Source: the human T2T-CHM13v2.0 reference genome, Homo sapiens | Direction: 5' to 3' (one strand) | Length of the DNA: 64,000 nt | NCBI RefSeq assembly: GCF_009914755.1 | Contig: NC_060933.1 | Shown: piece after piece, positions 61,599 to 64,000 of the stretch | Layout: the number at the start of each line of letters is the position of its first letter | How positions within the stretch are numbered: the first letter of the stretch is position 1 | Position numbers and translations under genes: made by a program | Notes under the pieces: model-generated | Told to the model about the DNA's origin: nothing | Databases searched by the model: none | The model's input: the letters and a program-made list of their open reading frames with translations, nothing else

Positions 61599-63501
61599 TT
61601 AAGATATCCCAGTGACCAGTTCCAAGAAAGCCCCACCTGGGCCTGAGCACTGGCTCTAATGACAGGCGATTGATTACTCTTTGAACTCTGGGATCTGTCA
61701 GTGATGGTGGCAGGGGAGTCTGCGAAATTATCCTCAGTGACTGACTCCTTGGGCCACAGGCTGGGGCATGGTGTGGTGGTCCAAGGGCTTGTGTTCTACT
61801 GGACTCTTGGACCTGTGAACTTGTGTTTAGGGGTGGAAGTATTGTCCCTGACTAAGTCCTTGAGGCCAGCTCCCTCCTCCTCTCCCATGTAGCTACAGCT
61901 GTGGTGTGGCATGGCCAACCTCCCCAAAGGTGCTTGTGTAACTTGTTTTTCAAAGTCTTGGCAGGAGCTCTGGTCCTGAAGTGAGAAAGGGAAAGGGTGT
62001 TTACATTCTGGAAGAACAGTTCTGAGAAGTGTCTCACATCAGGGCTGTCCCTGAACAATCCTTGTTCCCCAGTATCTCTGGAAGCTTCTTTTCCTATGGG
62101 ATGGCTGGTCACAATCATAGAGATGATCTTGGACCTAGAGGAAACAAGCTTGAACATGACAGAAGGTAGGCAGTGAGGAAGCGCTGGTCTGCCACCCAGG
62201 GTTTGCTGCCCTGTGTAAACTGCCCTCCCTGGAAAGGTGAGGAAGCTCTCCAGGACAAGACTGTTGTTGCCCCAGTGCCTCCTGCCGTGCCTGGAATAGA
62301 GCACAGGGCTACAAACAGGTGCTCCATAGACATTCACTAAGTAAATAAATTGTGAAAATACGTGGGCAAGAAAACATTTCAGAGGTCACATTGGTGCAAA
62401 TTCTTAATTGACACCAGGTTAACAGCTTTCTCTGAATAGTACTTACATTAATAATAACAATGGTTACTATTTATTAAATACCTAGTGTCTGCCAAGCAAA
62501 GGGAGATATTATTTCCTTAAATCCCACAATAGTTCTACTAATAGGTAGACTCTCCCCAGTTAATAGCTGACAGCGCAGAGACTCATGGGCACAAATCTGA
62601 GAAACTTGCCTGAGGTTCACCCAACAAATTAGGATTCAAAGCCACTGCCTAGGAGGCCCTGATTATCCTCTTTCTGTTTCTCTGTGAGGCCCCTCTGTGC
62701 CCTGCTCACCTCCTGCTGGTCTCTGCTCCTGCCACAGCAGCGGGGAAACAGGAACCTTTAAAGAAGGCTGAGGTGCAGTTCCATCCCTCCTGGGGCGGGC
62801 AGTTGTGCATTCTTGCCATTTTTTTCCTCTTGCAAATAGGCTTGAAGTCAACGTAGAAAGGGCAATGCAAAAGCAGCCCCGTTCCAGATGTCTGCTTTGT
62901 CATACTTTAAAACACCCACCCATATTCAGGCCTGTCCATCCTTCATTCTGGCAGCCCTCCCCTCCCGCCTTGCCACCTGTCTCCATACACAGCTTTCCCT
63001 TTTCCTGTCCTTCCTCTTCTGATGGGTGTGAGGGCCAGATTTCACTTCACTAGAACAACCTTGCTACTAGTATTATTCTAGGGACAGGCCCTGGCACAAA
63101 ATAAACACTCGATAAGTATGTGTTGAATTGCACTTTAAATTCTAGACAAAGGAGGAAAAAGCTTTGGATCCAGAAGAAAATAGAAAAGCTGGGAGTGGGG
63201 GTTAGGGTAACAATGAACTTGATCCTCTATCCCCTCTTTCCTCCCTCACTGCCTCCCTCCCTAAGCCCGGGCAGCAATGTACTTAGTATTACTGCTGTCA
63301 TCTGATTACAGTAACATCCAAACAGATTGAAAAGCCCCAATCAATGCCAGAGCTGAAGTGCACACGCAGGGGGTTGTTCCCTTGGAAATGTTGCAGCTGT
63401 AATTACTCTCCAAAGAGAAAAATCTAAACAACTTTCTTGACCCTCTGGGGAGAGGAAGTAACAATTGAACTACAAGGGGCAGAAAGTCATTTCTGACGTA
63501 C

Positions 63502-63645
63502 CGTGTGCGTGTGTGTGTGTGTATGTGTGGGTCCCCACCTTCGCAGTGTACTGTCCAGAGATCGTCTTTGACAGCCCTGCATTCAAACGCCGGGCTGTGG
63601 GTCGGCGGCGTGGTGCCTGCTGCTGCCGCCGCGGCAGCTGAGATC
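63502..63645. promoter_or_regulatory. (GT)n tract followed by a small CpG-rich patch; candidate alternative promoter or 5' exon
   Basis: GTGTGCGTGTGT... then GTCGGCGGCGTGGTGCCTGCTGCTGCCGCCGCGGCAG in repeat-free sequence. Confidence 0.4.
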
Positions 63646-63950
63646 ATGCTGTTGATCTTGTTTTACACAGAGCAGCCCAGCCTGTTGTGCCAGTACAGAA
63701 TGTTCTCTTCTGTGAACTGAGTTTGAACTTTTCCAACCCACTTTGTTTGAGGAACCACACAGACAAAGAGGGAAAAGACAGGGAAGATAACCCCCAAATC
63801 GTTGAAATCGTGGTGATCTCTCGGATTTTGGCCTAGACCATTTGCTTTTTCGCTACTCAAAATTGACCATCCCAAGCATTACACTTCCTGAAAGAGCAAA
63901 GCGCCTGTGATGTCCGTTTTCTAAGACAGGACTTGGCATCAACTTTGGAA

Positions 63951-64000
63951 ATTAACGAGTCTGTCACTGTCTCTCTTCAATTTCTTTTTTTCTTCTTAGG
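63951..64000 (+). other. 3' splice site (polypyrimidine tract + TAG/G); the exon would begin at 64000
   Basis: CTCTCTTCAATTTCTTTTTTTCTTCTTAG|G, with no other AG in 63960-63997 and a branch-like TTAAC at 63952-63956. Confidence 0.65.

Overview
This is primate (human-type) genomic DNA, not microbial. The L1HS-Ta diagnostic bases point to human. A CpG island/promoter region at about 1.7-3.8 kb is followed by about 60 kb of repeat-dense, intron-like sequence containing dozens of Alus, L1, L2, MIR, MaLR/ERV1/ERVL solo LTRs and MER5 elements. The window ends exactly at a strong + strand 3' splice site (AG at 63998-63999). I could not identify the host gene and found no credible cellular CDS. The only real protein-coding signal is the C-terminal part of L1 ORF2 in a 5'-truncated, human-specific L1HS Ta-0 insertion (15264-16153) with a perfect 16-bp TSD. 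The supplied ORF track is otherwise Alu, microsatellite or GC-rich noise. I see no new gene system. The most unusual content is a set of six local copy or inversion scars that look like template-switch or templated-insertion repair: a 128-bp inverted copy inside an Alu, a composite 42-bp patch in an LTR copied from 5 kb away, a displaced inverted L1 piece, an old inverted duplication, an L2 micro-inversion and an Alu patchwork insert. There is also a tiny tailed retrocopy with a TSD and a nearly erased Alu. Repeat subfamily names come from recalled consensus sequences, and boundaries of old repeats are approximate.
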